From positions 330,978-394,977 of the forward strand of contig NMRA01000284.1 of assembly GCA_002633005.1 (NCBI GenBank): DNA of 64,000 nt, in the 5' to 3' direction. Numbering within the stretch: position 1 is the stretch's first letter; each line of letters opens with the position of its first letter. Shown piece after piece: positions 50,680-64,000 of this stretch. A program made the translations under genes and the position numbers. The notes beneath the pieces are model-generated. The model did not search any database, was not told the DNA's origin, and saw only the letters and a list, made by a program, of their open reading frames with translations. The stretch is from Phoronis australis (Eukaryota; Animalia; Phoronida).

Positions 50680-51720
50680 GTGGGGGTACTGTGCAGCGCG
50701 GCCTCGTCCCCGCCAGTACAGAGGCAGCCGGGTCAACTTGACCACTGCGGACCACCGGCTTCGACGAACCCGGACGGCGGCGACTCCGCATTGGGCCAAG
50801 CGGGAATCCTAGTACTCGACCCTGCTACGTTACGTCTGTTATATTTTCAGCTCCTTGAGAAAGCGTCGGTCCTCGTCGAAGCTGCCTTCAGCAGCTTGCC
50901 CGAGACCAGCCTCCCGGCCGTTTGCCGTTGGTCCCCGGCGTCGGCGCTGCCTTCGGCAGCCTGAGCTCGAGGAGTTGCCCGAGGCCCGTCCCTGCCCGTC
51001 GGTCCCCATCGGCGATGCCTTCGGCAGCTTGCCCGACTAGAGGCCCGCCTCTCTGCCGTCGGTCCCGCCGTCCGATCGGCGTTGCCTTCAGTCGGCGGAG
51101 TGCCCGGAGGGCACGCCTCCCTGCCGTCAGTCCGCCCCGTCGGCGCCGCCTTCGGCGGCTTGGCGAAGCCCGCCTCCCCGGTTGCCGTCCGCCGCGGGTC
51201 GGCACCTAGGGGACACTGGGCCTCGCTGCCTCTGGAAGCTCGCCCTGCACTACGTCCCGCCTACGGCACCTCAGTAGAGGCGGGGACAGCACCCTCGCTG
51301 CCTCCAGTCCGGCAGCTCGACCAGTCCCGCCTACGGCACCTATAGGAATGAAACAGGGCCCTCGGCTGCCCGTCCGTCAACATGACCCGAGCTCGGTCCG
51401 TTCCGCCTACAACGCGGGCACTTTATAGAGGACAGGGCTCTCGATCGCTGCCTAGCCCGTCCCGCCTACGCGGGCACTTTATAGGGGACAGGGCTCTCGC
51501 GGGCCCGGCAGGCGAGCTGCCTCCGGCTGCCTTGGCCAGTCACCCGCCTCCAGCCGTCGGTCCCCACCACGCGCGACCTACGGCAGCTTGGCCGTTAACG
51601 CGGCTCCGGCCGGCCGTCGGCCCGGCTCCGGCACGCGCTGCCTTCGGTTGAGCGGACGCAGTTTTTTCAGACCCCCTTCTCCATCGATGCAGTTTCTATC
51701 GGATTCGGCTATTGCGGGAA
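50680..51720. repeat. GC-rich composite tandem-repeat island (two unit types with hairpins)
   Basis: Sharp GC/CpG rise; unit A tcggcgctgccttcggcagcttgcccgaggcccgcctccctgccgtcggtccc and unit B gtcccgcctacggcacctataggggacagggctctcgctgcct. Confidence 0.85.
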
Positions 51721-52234
51721 GAGACTGAGACTTTTTAGGCAATGTTCCCTGACCAAACAAATGAACCCGATTCTATGCTTAAAAAGGATTGTTGAAGGAT
51801 TTTGATTTTTTAAAAATCTCCTCAAAGTGTGGGTACCGTAATTTCCCATCGACACACGCCGTCAAAATAGCCGGCAAAACATGACCACCTCGAGGGTAGC
51901 GTTGAAAACGCGGGGAACCCATTGGCGTGTGCAGCACATTGAAAAGGCGTGTAGAAATCATTAGAGGACCATTAGAGGCGACAAAGCGTTTTTAGAAAGA
52001 TGAGCTCTGTGACCAGTGTTTTCGAAAATGTAAATGCATTCCTCTAGATTTTCGTTTACAGGGCCCTGCAATAAATGTCGACAGCTTTCTCTGGTACAAG
52101 TCCGCGTCATCATGTCTACCTATACGTGAGTTTTCTATAAATTTTTAGAACATTAAATGCTTTTTTAAAAAATTTAAATTTTTTTACAGTCTGTAACGGA
52201 ACGTGAATTTTAAAATCACTACAAACTCTCCTCC

Positions 52235-52575
52235 CATAACAAAACCTTTGATTCAGACCACGACCCGCTAGGGAATTGGTCTCAAATTGTTAGTCAAAAC
52301 GAAGGTAGGTGATTTCAAAGCTCAAGAAAGACGCCGGCGGGTTGACATTTTGTTGTTGTTTGAGACCAGACTGCATAATTTGGCTGGTCATTGCGTATTA
52401 TTTATTTACCGTGGCATGCCGTGACTCACGTCAGTTTTGCAAATTCATTCCAACACCTGAAAATACACGTACATGTATAGTAAACGGTACCTTTGACCAA
52501 GAACAATTTGAGACTAATTTCAAAAGTGTAGAAATAGTCTAAATCAAAAGTTGCTTTTTGTGACGGAAGACGGGT
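52235..52575. mobile_element. Degenerate palindromic MITE (related to 54888-55203)
   Basis: tttgattcagacc...aattggtctcaaattgtt vs aacaatttgagactaattt...gtctaaatcaaaa. Confidence 0.6.
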
Positions 52576-54887
52576 TTATAGTCGATTCAATTGTAACACG
52601 AAAACCCACAGAGTATCACTAAAATGTTCAACATGAATTCGACGCTTCGGAAAAGATGAAAATTATAGAAATTGATGTATTATCTCCATATTTTGAAATG
52701 GAGATGATTAAAAGTCAGTCTTGTTTTGTATAGTCTGACAGTAGGGCTGGGCGAGAAATAATTACTAATTGATTGAGCTGCGTTTAGGCTAAAATTGAAT
52801 GTCCTCGTTTCTTGTGAACAATCAATCTTTCCTCCAGTTCAAGCCAAACATGAAGCAGACACGTGAGGTGAAAGAAATAAACACTTACTTCTACCGCCGT
52901 GGTTCATGACGACGGAGCTTACGTATATCGTAACACAAGTTGCCAGGTTGTCCGGCAATCAATTCATTTTTATTGTAAGTAAAAATACGCGGGAACCGGT
53001 ACTCATGATTTGAAATCCTCAAACCAAGTGCCGACATCGGTAACGTGCCTACCAAATTATTTTATGCATTTGTTCACTTCGGATTTCACTTCTAGTGACT
53101 TATTGCGTTTGCAACTTACACCCCACTTACCCTGATTACCTGCAAACAACACAGAACCACACCTTTTGTTTTTCCAAGGCAATAGACCTAATCTGGTGGA
53201 AATAATTTCAGGCGTACCACTTCCTAACAAAGATTTACACGCTCAGTTCAAGTTGGGCGTGTCTTTATGAACAGGGTGTTTGTCTGGGGTGAGTCACCTC
53301 ACCTAAGCTAGTCTTGGTGTTGCAATCTTGGTGTAGACATTTTAAAACAAGTCTGTAAACACTAGTCTCATGGCATACTTCTTTCCACAGTATCTGTCAG
53401 AAAACGAAAACCGGAAATACGAACTTACCTCCAAGAGTGAGGCTAAGGTAAGGGGACACACAGATATATTCAGGGTTGCCTTGCCGATAAGCCAAGGGGT
53501 AAACTTTTTTAAGTAAAACTGCCAATATGATTCCAGCTCACCTGACCCTTTATGTTTTGCAACAACAAAAACACAATGACAACGAAAATTGGGGAAAAGC
53601 ACGGAAGTTTCGAGACATTCAGTTGAGGTATCAAAAATAGAATAAAACTCAAGTAGACAAATTGCAGTATTCAACTTACTTTTTTCAAAACTGGGAAAAA
53701 ATTTACGACCCTTTCCATAACCCAGGTGTCACGGCAAGATAAGGGGATACCTCAAGGGTTGCCTTGCCCGGCCCAGGGGCAAATTTCTTTAAATAAAAAC
53801 TGACAGAAGTGTAACTGTTGACTGATAGCAGCATACACAAACACAATCTACAACACAGAAAGAAATTCCCAGTAAGAGAAATGTTAAAAGGAAAATTTCA
53901 ATAGCATGAAAATTGAATTTAATTTATTTTTATAAATATAATTATTGTTTCATAAATTAGGCATACAGGCATCATAAACATCTTTATAGAACTTACAAAA
54001 CAGCAATTTACACGTGAATACACCCGCAGCTTATTTCAGTCACCACACAACTATGTACAAAATAAAGGGAGTTTAAAACTCAGTTCTTTAATATAAACAT
54101 ATGCAAGACCATATTATCACTGAACATGACAAACACAAGAAAAAATTGTTTAAAAGGATATTAAACCGTATTTCAGTGATTTCAACCAATACTCAATATG
54201 TCCCATCAAAGCACCATAGGCCTCTCACTGGAGTGATAAAAACAAGATTCACAGTCGTAAAATGAATCCGGTGGTTCGTGGTCTTTCGAGACAAGTGTCA
54301 TGTAACTCCCAAAAAGAAATAATCACACTTTCCAGTTTATCAGGCTTTGTATAGTATAGTATAGTATTTGCTCCAAGACTTGAGGTTTGATGAGACTGAC
54401 AGGGCACTATTCTATTTAAGCAAGCTAGATGGTAAAGACAGCGTTCATATAACAGAAGAGGCCAAAACTGGGTTTAGTATCCTCGGAAAAAGGATCTAAT
54501 TGCACCTTTTCAATGAGTCACTGACATCAGTCTTGTCCCACAATTTCGACAGTTTGCAATCAACAGTAACCTCACAGCACTTTCGAGTTCTATTTTACAA
54601 ACGTGTTATTGTTTCTGTTCATTGTTCCATACTGCAGGTGGCGCTTGACAGAGTAAGAAAATTTTGACATCCATCAAAAGATAAATAGCCAGTTACTTAG
54701 TGGTTTTCAGAAAAGCAAACAATTTTTGTCAAAATGTGGCTAGGTTTATTAAAGCTATGGTGGAAATACAGAAACTCGGACAAAAATAATACAAAATCAT
54801 CTACAAATTAGCCAGAAATTTCCACTTTGAAAATTCAAAGATATTTGATGAGAAGAAATATTGTGCACTAAATATTTGCGACAATAA

Positions 54888-55203
54888 ACCGATGCTTTCT
54901 GCCAAAAAAAGATTTGATTCAGGCCAGTAATTGTTAGGAAGTTGGTTTTATCTTGTTGCTTACTCAGTTTAATAGCGATCTCTGGGGTGGAAAGAACTGG
55001 CAGTCCGTTATATTTTAAACCAAATTCTTACAATTCCCCGTCACTGTGTGACCTAGAATTTTATGAGGTTGGTCACACGCAAAAACTGCCAGTTCGTTCA
55101 AAACCATGATATCACCTCTTAATTTAACCAAGTAACAATTTGAGACCAATTTCATAAAGGTACGTGGTCAAAAGCAAATCTTTTTTGACAGAAAGCATCG
55201 GTG
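54888..55203. mobile_element. Palindromic MITE in the putative CCDC18 3' UTR
   Basis: accgatgctttctgccaaaaaaagatttg ... caaatcttttttgacagaaagcatcggt; inner gaactggcagt/actgccagttc. Confidence 0.75.
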
Positions 55204-56021
55204 TAATGCCGCTTTAAATAAATTGATCGATTGATTAAAAACTAGAGTAGAAATTTTTGCTTCACCAGAAAGTTATTCAGCATGTAAAATGAACCACCTT
55301 GAACACAGCCAACTGTACACATTTTCTTTACAAGGCACATAATATAAAAATAAATTGTCAGAAAAATTTTAAATTTTAATTATTTCTCCATTCACTTAAA
55401 ACTAAATCAATGTAAAAATCAAAATGTACACAGACTTCACAAGGCACATCTTAAAGCATCAAGCTTCGAGGCTACAATAAAATAATCTCATTCAACGTAA
55501 GAATAACAAAATGTTACAGATACTTTTAGACGTATGGCACAAATAGACATATAAAACCTCATTTACCAGGAAGCCCTTATCATTGACATCAACCACACAT
55601 TTTGTGCGAATCTATTGTCAACAAACCGTTAGGCTTTTGACAGACTAAACCCGTAATTTTGTCTTTGGTGAGAAGACAATTTCAGAGCCACTGAGGCCCA
55701 TTGTAGAACAGAAAAATCTGACCAACGAAAGCCAACAGGCAAAACGGGGCCAAATAAGGCCAGGCTGGTAAGGCATTCAAAATGACTGTTGCTTACTTGA
55801 CAATGATCTACAGACAATTGCCACACTTTCCCCTCAACACATTCAAGTCCAGTCATTCACAAAACACTAGCACCTCAGATGACGGAACATAATTATACAG
55901 AACGTTCAAAAAAGATTTACTATGATTCCAACACTCTGTCTGGCGGCCATTTTGCTAGTCCTCAGCTCGTAACGTCGCATGCTGACACGTCAAACACGAG
56001 TGTGATCTTGTTTGATCCCGC

Positions 56022-56120
56022 GGACACACAATTCAGGTTGTGTCCACATGCTGACACACAATTCAGGTTGTGTCCACATGCTGACACACAATTCAGGTTG
56101 TGTCCACATGCTGACACATA
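56022..56120. repeat. 30-bp tandem repeat x3
   Basis: gacacacaattcaggttgtgtccacatgct repeated. Confidence 0.9.
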
Positions 56121-56230
56121 ATTGGTGACTCAAGCCTCAGCACTAACACATGGGACGGACCTTGCATCGGCGGACACACACACAGCCAATCTGCGTTTGG
56201 ATTTTCTGCCTTGACACACCACAGCATTTA

Positions 56231-59200
56231 TCAAGAACTCTGCAACTGTTGATCTAGTTTGGACCGCCGCAGCTCATTGGCTCTGAGTCGAGCCTGAAGA
56301 TCTGCAAGACTGAAATGAACAGTAATTTTTATAACAACACACCAAAGTAAATGGTTTGACAAAAACGACTTCAGCAATGTATAGATAAAAAGTAAAAAAC
56401 AAGATCAATAACATGAAAACAAGATATGGTTGGCGTTTTCATTCTTACAACATGTATGTGCAATAAGCGACTCAATATCTACTAGGTGGCGCTAGTGAAG
56501 AAAAGCCCCCCTTTTACATCTGAACAGACTGAGAACAGAATGAATGCAATAGCGTGGGGGCATTAGTGGGATAATGGTCCTACATCATTACCTACAAGTA
56601 GGCCATTTGATACATAAGCGCCACCTAGTGAATTTTGAGTAGCCCACTTGGCATTTGGGGTAAACCCTTAAGGTATATCTGGGTGTTCAACACTGTCACA
56701 CAAGTTATACCGAGTTAACCCAAAATGTAAGGTACACAACCATGGCAATGTTATAATACACTTTATCAATTATAACAAAGACTCACTTAAACCTTACACA
56801 ATGGCAACCATATCAAAATGTCAAAATCACGGATTTCACATTAAAAGTAAGTTACGGTGGCAAATCTAGTCGCAGAAGTAAATCAATGAAAAAGGAAATT
56901 AGAATAACACACTGAGTAAAAAACTAATCTAAACATAAGATGTTTTTAGAGAAAGAGCTACATAATTACATGGTATTAATAGAAAACGAAACTAACAGCA
57001 AAATCTTATATTAAGCACAAAATAACAGAATAACTATTAAAAGAACTATCAAATAAACACTGGTGAAGTTCCAAATTTCAAAGCACCTCTGTTACAACCT
57101 CAACCTGCAAAAAGACCAACATTTCTTACACAAAGGAAACAACTAGGTGGCCTACCATTGGTCCGGCTGTGAGTAGTGCCTGTCTGATTGGAGGCGCTGC
57201 CTGTGTTCATTTAACTGGTCATGTAATGAGCTGACCATGGGTGAGCCACCTGAAACACGATATCAAGGGATATCAAAACAAGATATAACACAGAAATTGA
57301 TAAGCAGTATATCAACAGATATCTCAACAGCATATCAACAGAGACATTGATAAGCAGTATATAAACAGATATCTCAACAGCATATAAACAGAGACATTTA
57401 ATTAACAAGAGGTGAACATTAAACCAAATTTGACCTAGATAAGAACTTTCATTGGTAGATCCAAGTTAGAAAAGCTTTAAATCCTAGATCACTCACCTGA
57501 CATTGGTTGCCTTGGCGATGTCCTCCTTTTTTCCGGTGTGCTCTGCACATCGGGAGACAAAATTCTGACAGGACTAGATTGACCAGTTCCATACTCCATA
57601 GCACCGTCTGCCAAACTCTCAGGGAAGACAGGGTTCTTGTTCATCTCCCTCCGAATATTTTTATACATGCCTGAAAATGTGTCCGCATCCACGTCGGAAT
57701 CTGATCCAGGATTCGTGAACACGCCACTAATGTCTGATTGAGATCGTGGCTTGCCCAGCCCATCACCGGCGCCACCGCGCAGATCAAGCTGGTCTACATA
57801 CAACTGTCGTCGTGGCGACTGTTGCTTAAATGTCATAAAAGAGTCTAAGCTCTTTGTTGCAGGGTTAGCAGTGGCGATATCATCGTCCGAATAAACCTGC
57901 CGCACAGAACCAAATGAAGCCTTCTGAGGTGACACAGATGGTCCTAAGGTTTGTCGAATCTGTGGAATGACTGATGATGACAAAGACCTCCTGTGGGGAT
58001 TCCTGTTGTCGAGAATCGTGTTGCTCGATGTCTTGGATAATCCAAATGTAGCACGCTCAAACCCAGCCAATCGGGCCTCCAGACGAGCTATCTCAGACTC
58101 CTACAGGGGAGACAACAAGTTTTGTTGACAAATACACAATATGTGACAAAGCTAATCTAACGTCCACTGGTTTGTAAAAATAAACAAATGCAAAGCATGC
58201 AAGCAATGGCTACTAGTGATTCATGGCTCCTATGTTCCCCACAACAACATAAACAGTCTTCAGTTTGGGACACAATATGGTTGACACATGAAATTCATTT
58301 TGCCAAATTTCTCAACAATAATAAATTTCAGTATGGTTTATATTGTGAAGCTATTGCCAAGCAATATTTGGTAAAAGTTTGAGGATTTGCGACAATGTAC
58401 TAAGCCTCTGAATAATAGAAATGTGGCATTTTTAACCATTACTTTTGCCCCAAATTGAAGAATTTTTACCAAAAGTATTGTGCTCCTATACACAACTAAA
58501 TGGGTGTCTTACTCTTAATCAACCAAAAATTAAAATAACTTCGCTGGGGTCATTCGTGCCACGTGTCATCATGGCACGATTATTTTATCGTATGTTTGTA
58601 CCTTAATGACAATGGTCTCGTTGGCTGCATCAATGACCTCTTTGCGAGCACGCAATTCCGACTGCAACTTGGCCATTTCTTGTTGAGCGTGCGCCATGCT
58701 GTCTTTCAACATTTTTACCTCCTCCTCGTGAGACTTCACATTGAGCCGGTGCCGTGAAGACAGCTGCTGTTGATCAGACACTGCCCTGGCATGTTCCTCT
58801 TGTAGCTGGGCAAGCTGCAAAGTGATCAAGACATGCATTGTCAATTACGTCATTCATGTTTTTAAGAGTAAAACCTCAAGTTTTAGGCATATATTATCAG
58901 TCTGTGTAACATGAAACAGACATTATTTCCTTTTGGCTCTTATGAATAACCAAATCAGACATCAACACTAATTTGACCCTTAACCTCTTCACATGTGTCC
59001 TCTTGACATTTGACCTCGTGCCCATACCTGTTCCTGGTGCTGCTGCTCCATCAGCTCCATGTCGCTGTGTAACCTCTTGACCTCTGCCACTGACCTGGCC
59101 TCCAGCTCTGTCTCCCTAGCGTGAGCGGCACCTAGTTCTTGACTTATCAGAGCATGTTGGCCCTCTTTCCTCTGCAGATCAGAAGTTGGCATTTATATCA

Positions 59201-62200
59201 ATAAATCAAGTTTTTTGAAATTAACTCTAAGGACATGTAAGAATGCAATATTCCACTCAATTCCTTGTTTAATTCACAAAATGTTAATTTCGCCAAGATG
59301 CAGAAGCATAACAGACTTAGCAACTACTACTGGCCTCAAACGACACGGCATCAAACCCGTTCACATTTTCATTATGTACAATGTTCCTGTCAGGTGGACA
59401 CACTGTCACACTGAGAATAAGAACCATGATTGCCTAGATTTCCTATCCACATAACTTATCCAGTTTTCACCTCTGCAAATCTCAATATTCTGGTAATGGT
59501 TTAAGTATTGGGTCACATCATCAGGACCTTAATCATTGCAAGACACTAGCATTAGTGATGTCATCACCTGTTAGTAATTGAACGCCGCCTATGATGTTAA
59601 AGGCACAAAATGGCCACCTCACCATTTAAATAATGATTTACACTCCAACATGACCTCCCGTGAACCCCGACCCCAGGTCACACTCACATGCTGATCATCA
59701 ATGGCCTCCTCTAGCTCCCTAGCCAGTCTGTCCTGCTCCCTACGACACTGTGCCAGCTCCCTCTGTGCCTCTGTCATCTCCGTGTGTTGCCGGTGTTCCT
59801 GTTCGCGTGCTACACGCAACTCTTGTGCCTGCTCACGCAGCTCCTGCTGCACTGAGTCTAGTTTCTTTTTCTGCTGCTGAAGTTGCTGAAGGAACAAAGT
59901 GTATGATTGTAGACCAGCAAGGGGGGACAATACAGGCTAGGGGTACAGTTATTAAAGTGTACGATTATAGACCAGCAAGGGGAGACAATACAGCCTAGGG
60001 GTACAGTTATTAAAGTGTACGATTATAGACCAGCAAGGGGACAATACAGGCTAGGGGTACAGTACTTTTCAAAATAAACTGGACAACATCAAATTTTCCA
60101 TATATAAACCCCAACTAAATATCCAGTTCTTTTCAACTATAAGAAGCTATTTCAATTTTCACTAAATTTTTACAGGTGCTACTTCAAGCACTTGGTAAAA
60201 ATAGACAGAACTTAATGTGCAATTATGCTACTTACAAAATAAACAATTAACTTGACAAAAATGCTACTTTATTGCAACAAAATTTCCACTAAACTGCCAA
60301 ATACTTCCAGCAAGAAATTCATCATAGTTTGGCAGGGTCCAACATAGTTCTGACAAAGTTTGTAAGTGGGTTATTTTCAAATCTACTCTATAAGGGCCAG
60401 ACTCGGAGACTTGGACTCAAATCCTGGGTATACTGACAGACAACTAATAATTGCACAAATCATTTATTCACAGCTCGAAGCACCCAATCTGGAATGCAGA
60501 GGTTTGGTAATGGAAATCAGAGAGCAAACACCTAATGTTCCAGCCAACAGAGGGCGAGATGTTTAAATAGAGAGCTAAACTTTCAACATTTACAGCACCA
60601 GCCAAAAGCACTTACTGTCTCAAGACCTGCCACCTTTTGAGCCCTGTTGTCAAGGTCGGCCTTTTGTTTCCGTGACAACTGCTCGGACTGTTGCAGGGCC
60701 ATCTCCTTCTCAGCCAGCTCCTTTTGAAGCTCAGAGCACTTGTCATCAAGATTAGCAATCTAAAATTAAAAAGGACACAATAATTTTGGAACAGTGACAC
60801 AGATGTTCAATCAGCTGTTCTGATGGTGACTCTTGGTCTGAGTTCCACTAGGAAAATGCCCAATAACAGCATGATAATGATGACGAGATTGTGTTATAGT
60901 CGCATCTACGTGGTCCAGGAAGTACATCATCCCGTCAGCAGTATTACAAAATACGATTACACAAATCTCCAGGGAATTTTCAGTGATCTTACTTGGATTT
61001 AGCAGGAATGTAACAAATTGGAGCACAAAAATGTCAACATGAAAATTAGTTCAAATAAACTTTGATACAGCTCGACTTATCAACTCTAGGAGAGAAATTA
61101 TGCTTGCGCATACAGTTTCAAGAGCAGTCTCATGGACATTTTCTGGTTTTTCTCCACAGAATTTCGAAAGTGGTATTTGAAACCTACCTCTTTGTTGACA
61201 GACAATTCTAAAGCTTTTGACACAGCTAGCCTTACTGAGTTCCTTCTCTTGACTTCGATGAGAATGTACCAAAAATGAAGATAATCATTTGAAACTTATC
61301 TTTAATTTTCATGGAGCTCTCTAAAGCTTTTGACACAACAGATCACATCAATTTTTTACATACATGCAGCGCCCTCTCTTGGGCCTCTTTCTGACTCTTC
61401 TGCAGTGACGTCTCCAATCGCTGTATTCGCTGGTCCATGGCTGATCTGTGCTCACTGATTGTGGAGTCCAATTGGGACACCTGTGCTGCCCTCTGTTGCA
61501 GCACCTTCTGCTGGTCACGTAAGACAGAGTCCAACTCTTCCAACTCCCGGCTCTTGCCCACCACTTCACCTTGACTTTTCCTACAAATTAATGACATAAC
61601 AAGAGTTAAGCAATTCCATTTTTACACAAACAGTACAATTTAGCCAAAAGTATTCAAACAAAAGGACCCAGAATTCGCTGCCATGACAGCTGGGCAGAAG
61701 ACGACTTCATAGTCAAAGTAGTCTCCCCTGATGACCGAGAGTGAAGGGGAATTAACAGGAATGTTAGTAAGGTGGTCAAGCCATTCTGTAATTAGAATTT
61801 TGCCATCCTAATAGCTATTACCCTTGAATTTTACAGTTAACAGATTTTGCCGTCATGATGTGAAAACGGCAGATTGTCTAATTATATTTGACTTGCGCTG
61901 TAGATACCTATATCAATTAACTGCAAAATACAGAATGATGGACACATTTCCAGCCTTAGTTAACACAGACATTGAAAACAGGAGATTTCCAGCCTAATTC
62001 AGTTCAGACCAAAATAAAAAGCACAAATGTAGTGAAGAGATCACTAGCATTTTCTTTTTAATGCCGTTGATCAAGAAATTATTAGACAAGTCTGAGCTGA
62101 AGAAGAGATTCCCTGGCTCAGCCTGATACAGCTTGAGGTTGATCAACTGTTTCGCCTGTGTGTTGAAGTATAAGAGTAAATTTGAACAAGCCACAAAACA

Positions 62201-64000
62201 GCCAAGATTTCTTTTTGGTCATAAAAGAGTGGATGAGCGAATTGCAATATTCAAAACCAATGGCAACTGAAGTCATACCAAAGATGAACTAAAATGCACT
62301 CTTAACAAGCCCATCACCATGGTTACCTGAACTTCTCCTTGAACTCCTGAGCTTCCTGTTCCCTCGTCTCTTTCTCTGACCTCGTCTTGGCCAGCACCCG
62401 CTGGAGCTCGCTCAGCTGCTCCACCGTCTGGCGCAACTCCGTCTGAACTTTCTTCATCTCTGTCTCGGTGTTGTCCAGTAGACCAGCCTTCTGATGCACC
62501 TCCTGCTGGTACCTGCGCACTCGGGCTTCGAGGTCTGAGACTGGAACAAGAGATTTAATTAGCAAACAGCATACACCATGGGAGAGGAGAAATCAATGCT
62601 TCCAAGGTAGGTGAAAGTAACACGAAAATCTTTGAATGTAATAGCCATTTTCCGCTAAAGCGACGACATGATGAAATACATCTTGTCGCTAGATGACGAT
62701 GGTGGACGTTGTTCTACATTCCCATATGGATTCAACAGTCGGACATTTGCCAGCATTTTTAGAAATTTTTTGCAATCGTCATGTCCTCAAACTGCCACTA
62801 TTCTGGGGTGGGCTATTCATATGATTCATGCTAAAATATTAAACATCTGAAACTGAACTCTGTGAATAGAAGAAATTGTGGTCTATCTTGGTCAGCTCAG
62901 CCAGTCATGAACACCACATTTAGGAACTGAACTAAATGAAAAACGGTTTTGTGGTCCCACAACCCTGAATAGTTGTATGGAGAATGTAAGCTATTAGTAA
63001 GATTACTTGACTTGAGACTTGTAAGTGGCTTTGGCAGTCATTCAGACAGCAAATTCAGTTTTTAATGCTGCAACTGACCAGCTAACATTTTATATGTAAA
63101 TCAAGTACAATGTATAAATGCGTTGTGAAGAGGGTTGTCAGATATCCTATAAAACTTTGTAAAGATTGTTGACAATTAAAATTTGCCTAAAGAGACTCCC
63201 AATTTAATTGAGCAAGAATATATCAATCTCCAGTCACACCCAGTTCACCAGCTGTTAGGCTATACTGCCAACTATGGCAATACACAAGGAATTCACATTA
63301 TTTTTATGTATTACAGCTAATCACGCATTTATACATTTCTCAGCCCTCCCACAAAGTCTAACACACACCTCCACTCTCACACTTACCTAACTCTGCCTTC
63401 TCATCCAGTTTGACTAGTGTCTCGCGTAGACTCATTTCCTGCTTGGCAAGTTTGGCTGAAAACCCGTCGCACTTTTTATTGGCATCGTGAACTTCCTGCT
63501 CCAGTTCTGAGATCTCATTTGACAGTTCTTTCTTCTCATCTTGGGTGCGCCTGTGGTGATATAAGAAGTGATATCGTATCAAGTCAGCAATTAAATAAGA
63601 ATTCAAAAACAGCTTCTGTCTTGGCAGCATACTAATGAGTAATTGACAGAAATATTTGAATACCAGTGAACATCATTTTTGATCAAAAATCCCGTCAGCA
63701 AAATGCAAGATGGAAAACTAAAGGACAACAAATTAATCACCACTTGAGAGGGAGGGGGGTACTCACCTGAGTGTATCACTCGTTTCCCGTAATTGCTGCG
63801 CCCGTTGCTCCAAGTCCACACACGCCTGCTGCAACTTCTTCTCCATACTCTCCACCTCCTGCGTACTTGCTGCTCTCTCATTGGCCAGCTGCTGCTCTAG
63901 CCTCGACACCATAAGCTCCAGCTCCCCCTCATGATCCTCGAGACTAGCGATCCTGTTGGTGCTGCCCGTCAACATTTTCTGCCTCTCTTCGATCATCCTC
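56231..64000 (-). CDS. CCDC18: Coiled-coil domain-containing protein 18-like, 3' part (11 exons; 5' end outside window)
   Basis: Exons >64000-63767, 63550-63387, 62540-62327, 61580-61364, 60759-60616, 59885-59688, 59171-59028, 58814-58602, 58100-57497, 57249-57156, 56309-56231; all GT-AG with matching phases. Long E/Q/K/L heptad sequence; motif EVIDAANETIVIKESEIARLEARLAGFER resembles the CCDC18 C-terminal coiled-coil end as I recall it (EAANEALLxKESELTRLQAKISGHE). AATAAA on - strand near 53923. Confidence 0.85.
56468..56642. mobile_element. Small inverted-repeat element in the last CCDC18 intron
   Basis: actcaatatctactaggtggcgct ... agcgccacctagtgaattttgagt. Confidence 0.65.
57268..57410. 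repeat. Degenerate tandem repeat (atatcaacag units, ~52-bp higher-order duplication)
   Basis: attgataagcagtatatcaacagatatctcaacagcatat present twice. Confidence 0.75.
59895..60062. repeat. ~55-bp tandem repeat x3 next to a CCDC18 acceptor
   Basis: aaagtgtacgattatagaccagcaagggggacaatacaggctaggggtacagttatt repeated. Confidence 0.9.

Noticed and set aside
50680-51760. Overlapping Arg/Pro/Ala-rich ORFs on both strands
   Set aside because: Expected from high GC and repeats; no domain, most lack ATG starts, no splice context.
56478-56632. Paired CTCF-like AGGTGGCGCT motifs
   Set aside because: They are simply the two arms of an inverted-repeat element; no evidence of binding.
61720-61752. CTGATGA within a small hairpin (hammerhead/snoRNA-like); also CTGAAGA at ~2109
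   Set aside because: No correctly placed GAAA core, stem III or cleavage triplet, and no D box partner.

Overview
Intron-rich, AT-rich animal (probably invertebrate) genomic DNA, not prokaryotic, so most short ORFs in the track are spurious. Five genes can be built from splice signals and exon phase. (1) A 5'-partial + strand gene for a secreted double-knottin-like (2x C-C-CC-C-C) peptide whose pro-region appears to be made of micro-exons (1-6824). (2) A single-coding-exon - strand secreted, probably GPI-anchored protein with two tandem LRRNT-LRR-LRRCT modules and a mucin-like stalk (11272-13046), broken by a 196-bp assembly duplication at the N. (3) A candidate + strand ~16-kb gene for a 73-89 aa MGCGxS-lipidated microprotein with apparently mutually exclusive exons (CDS 23301-28116), invisible in the ORF track. 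(4) A complete 6-exon uridine-cytidine kinase (34468-48376, -). (5) The last 11 exons of CCDC18 (56231->64000, -). Between and within these genes are a truncated RTE-X-like LINE, a Tc1 fragment, several TIR elements with readable TSDs (5, 6 and 3 bp, one nested), MITE families, minisatellites and an unexplained ~1-kb GC-rich hairpin-repeat array (50680-51720). All gene models are read by eye and unvalidated by transcripts.
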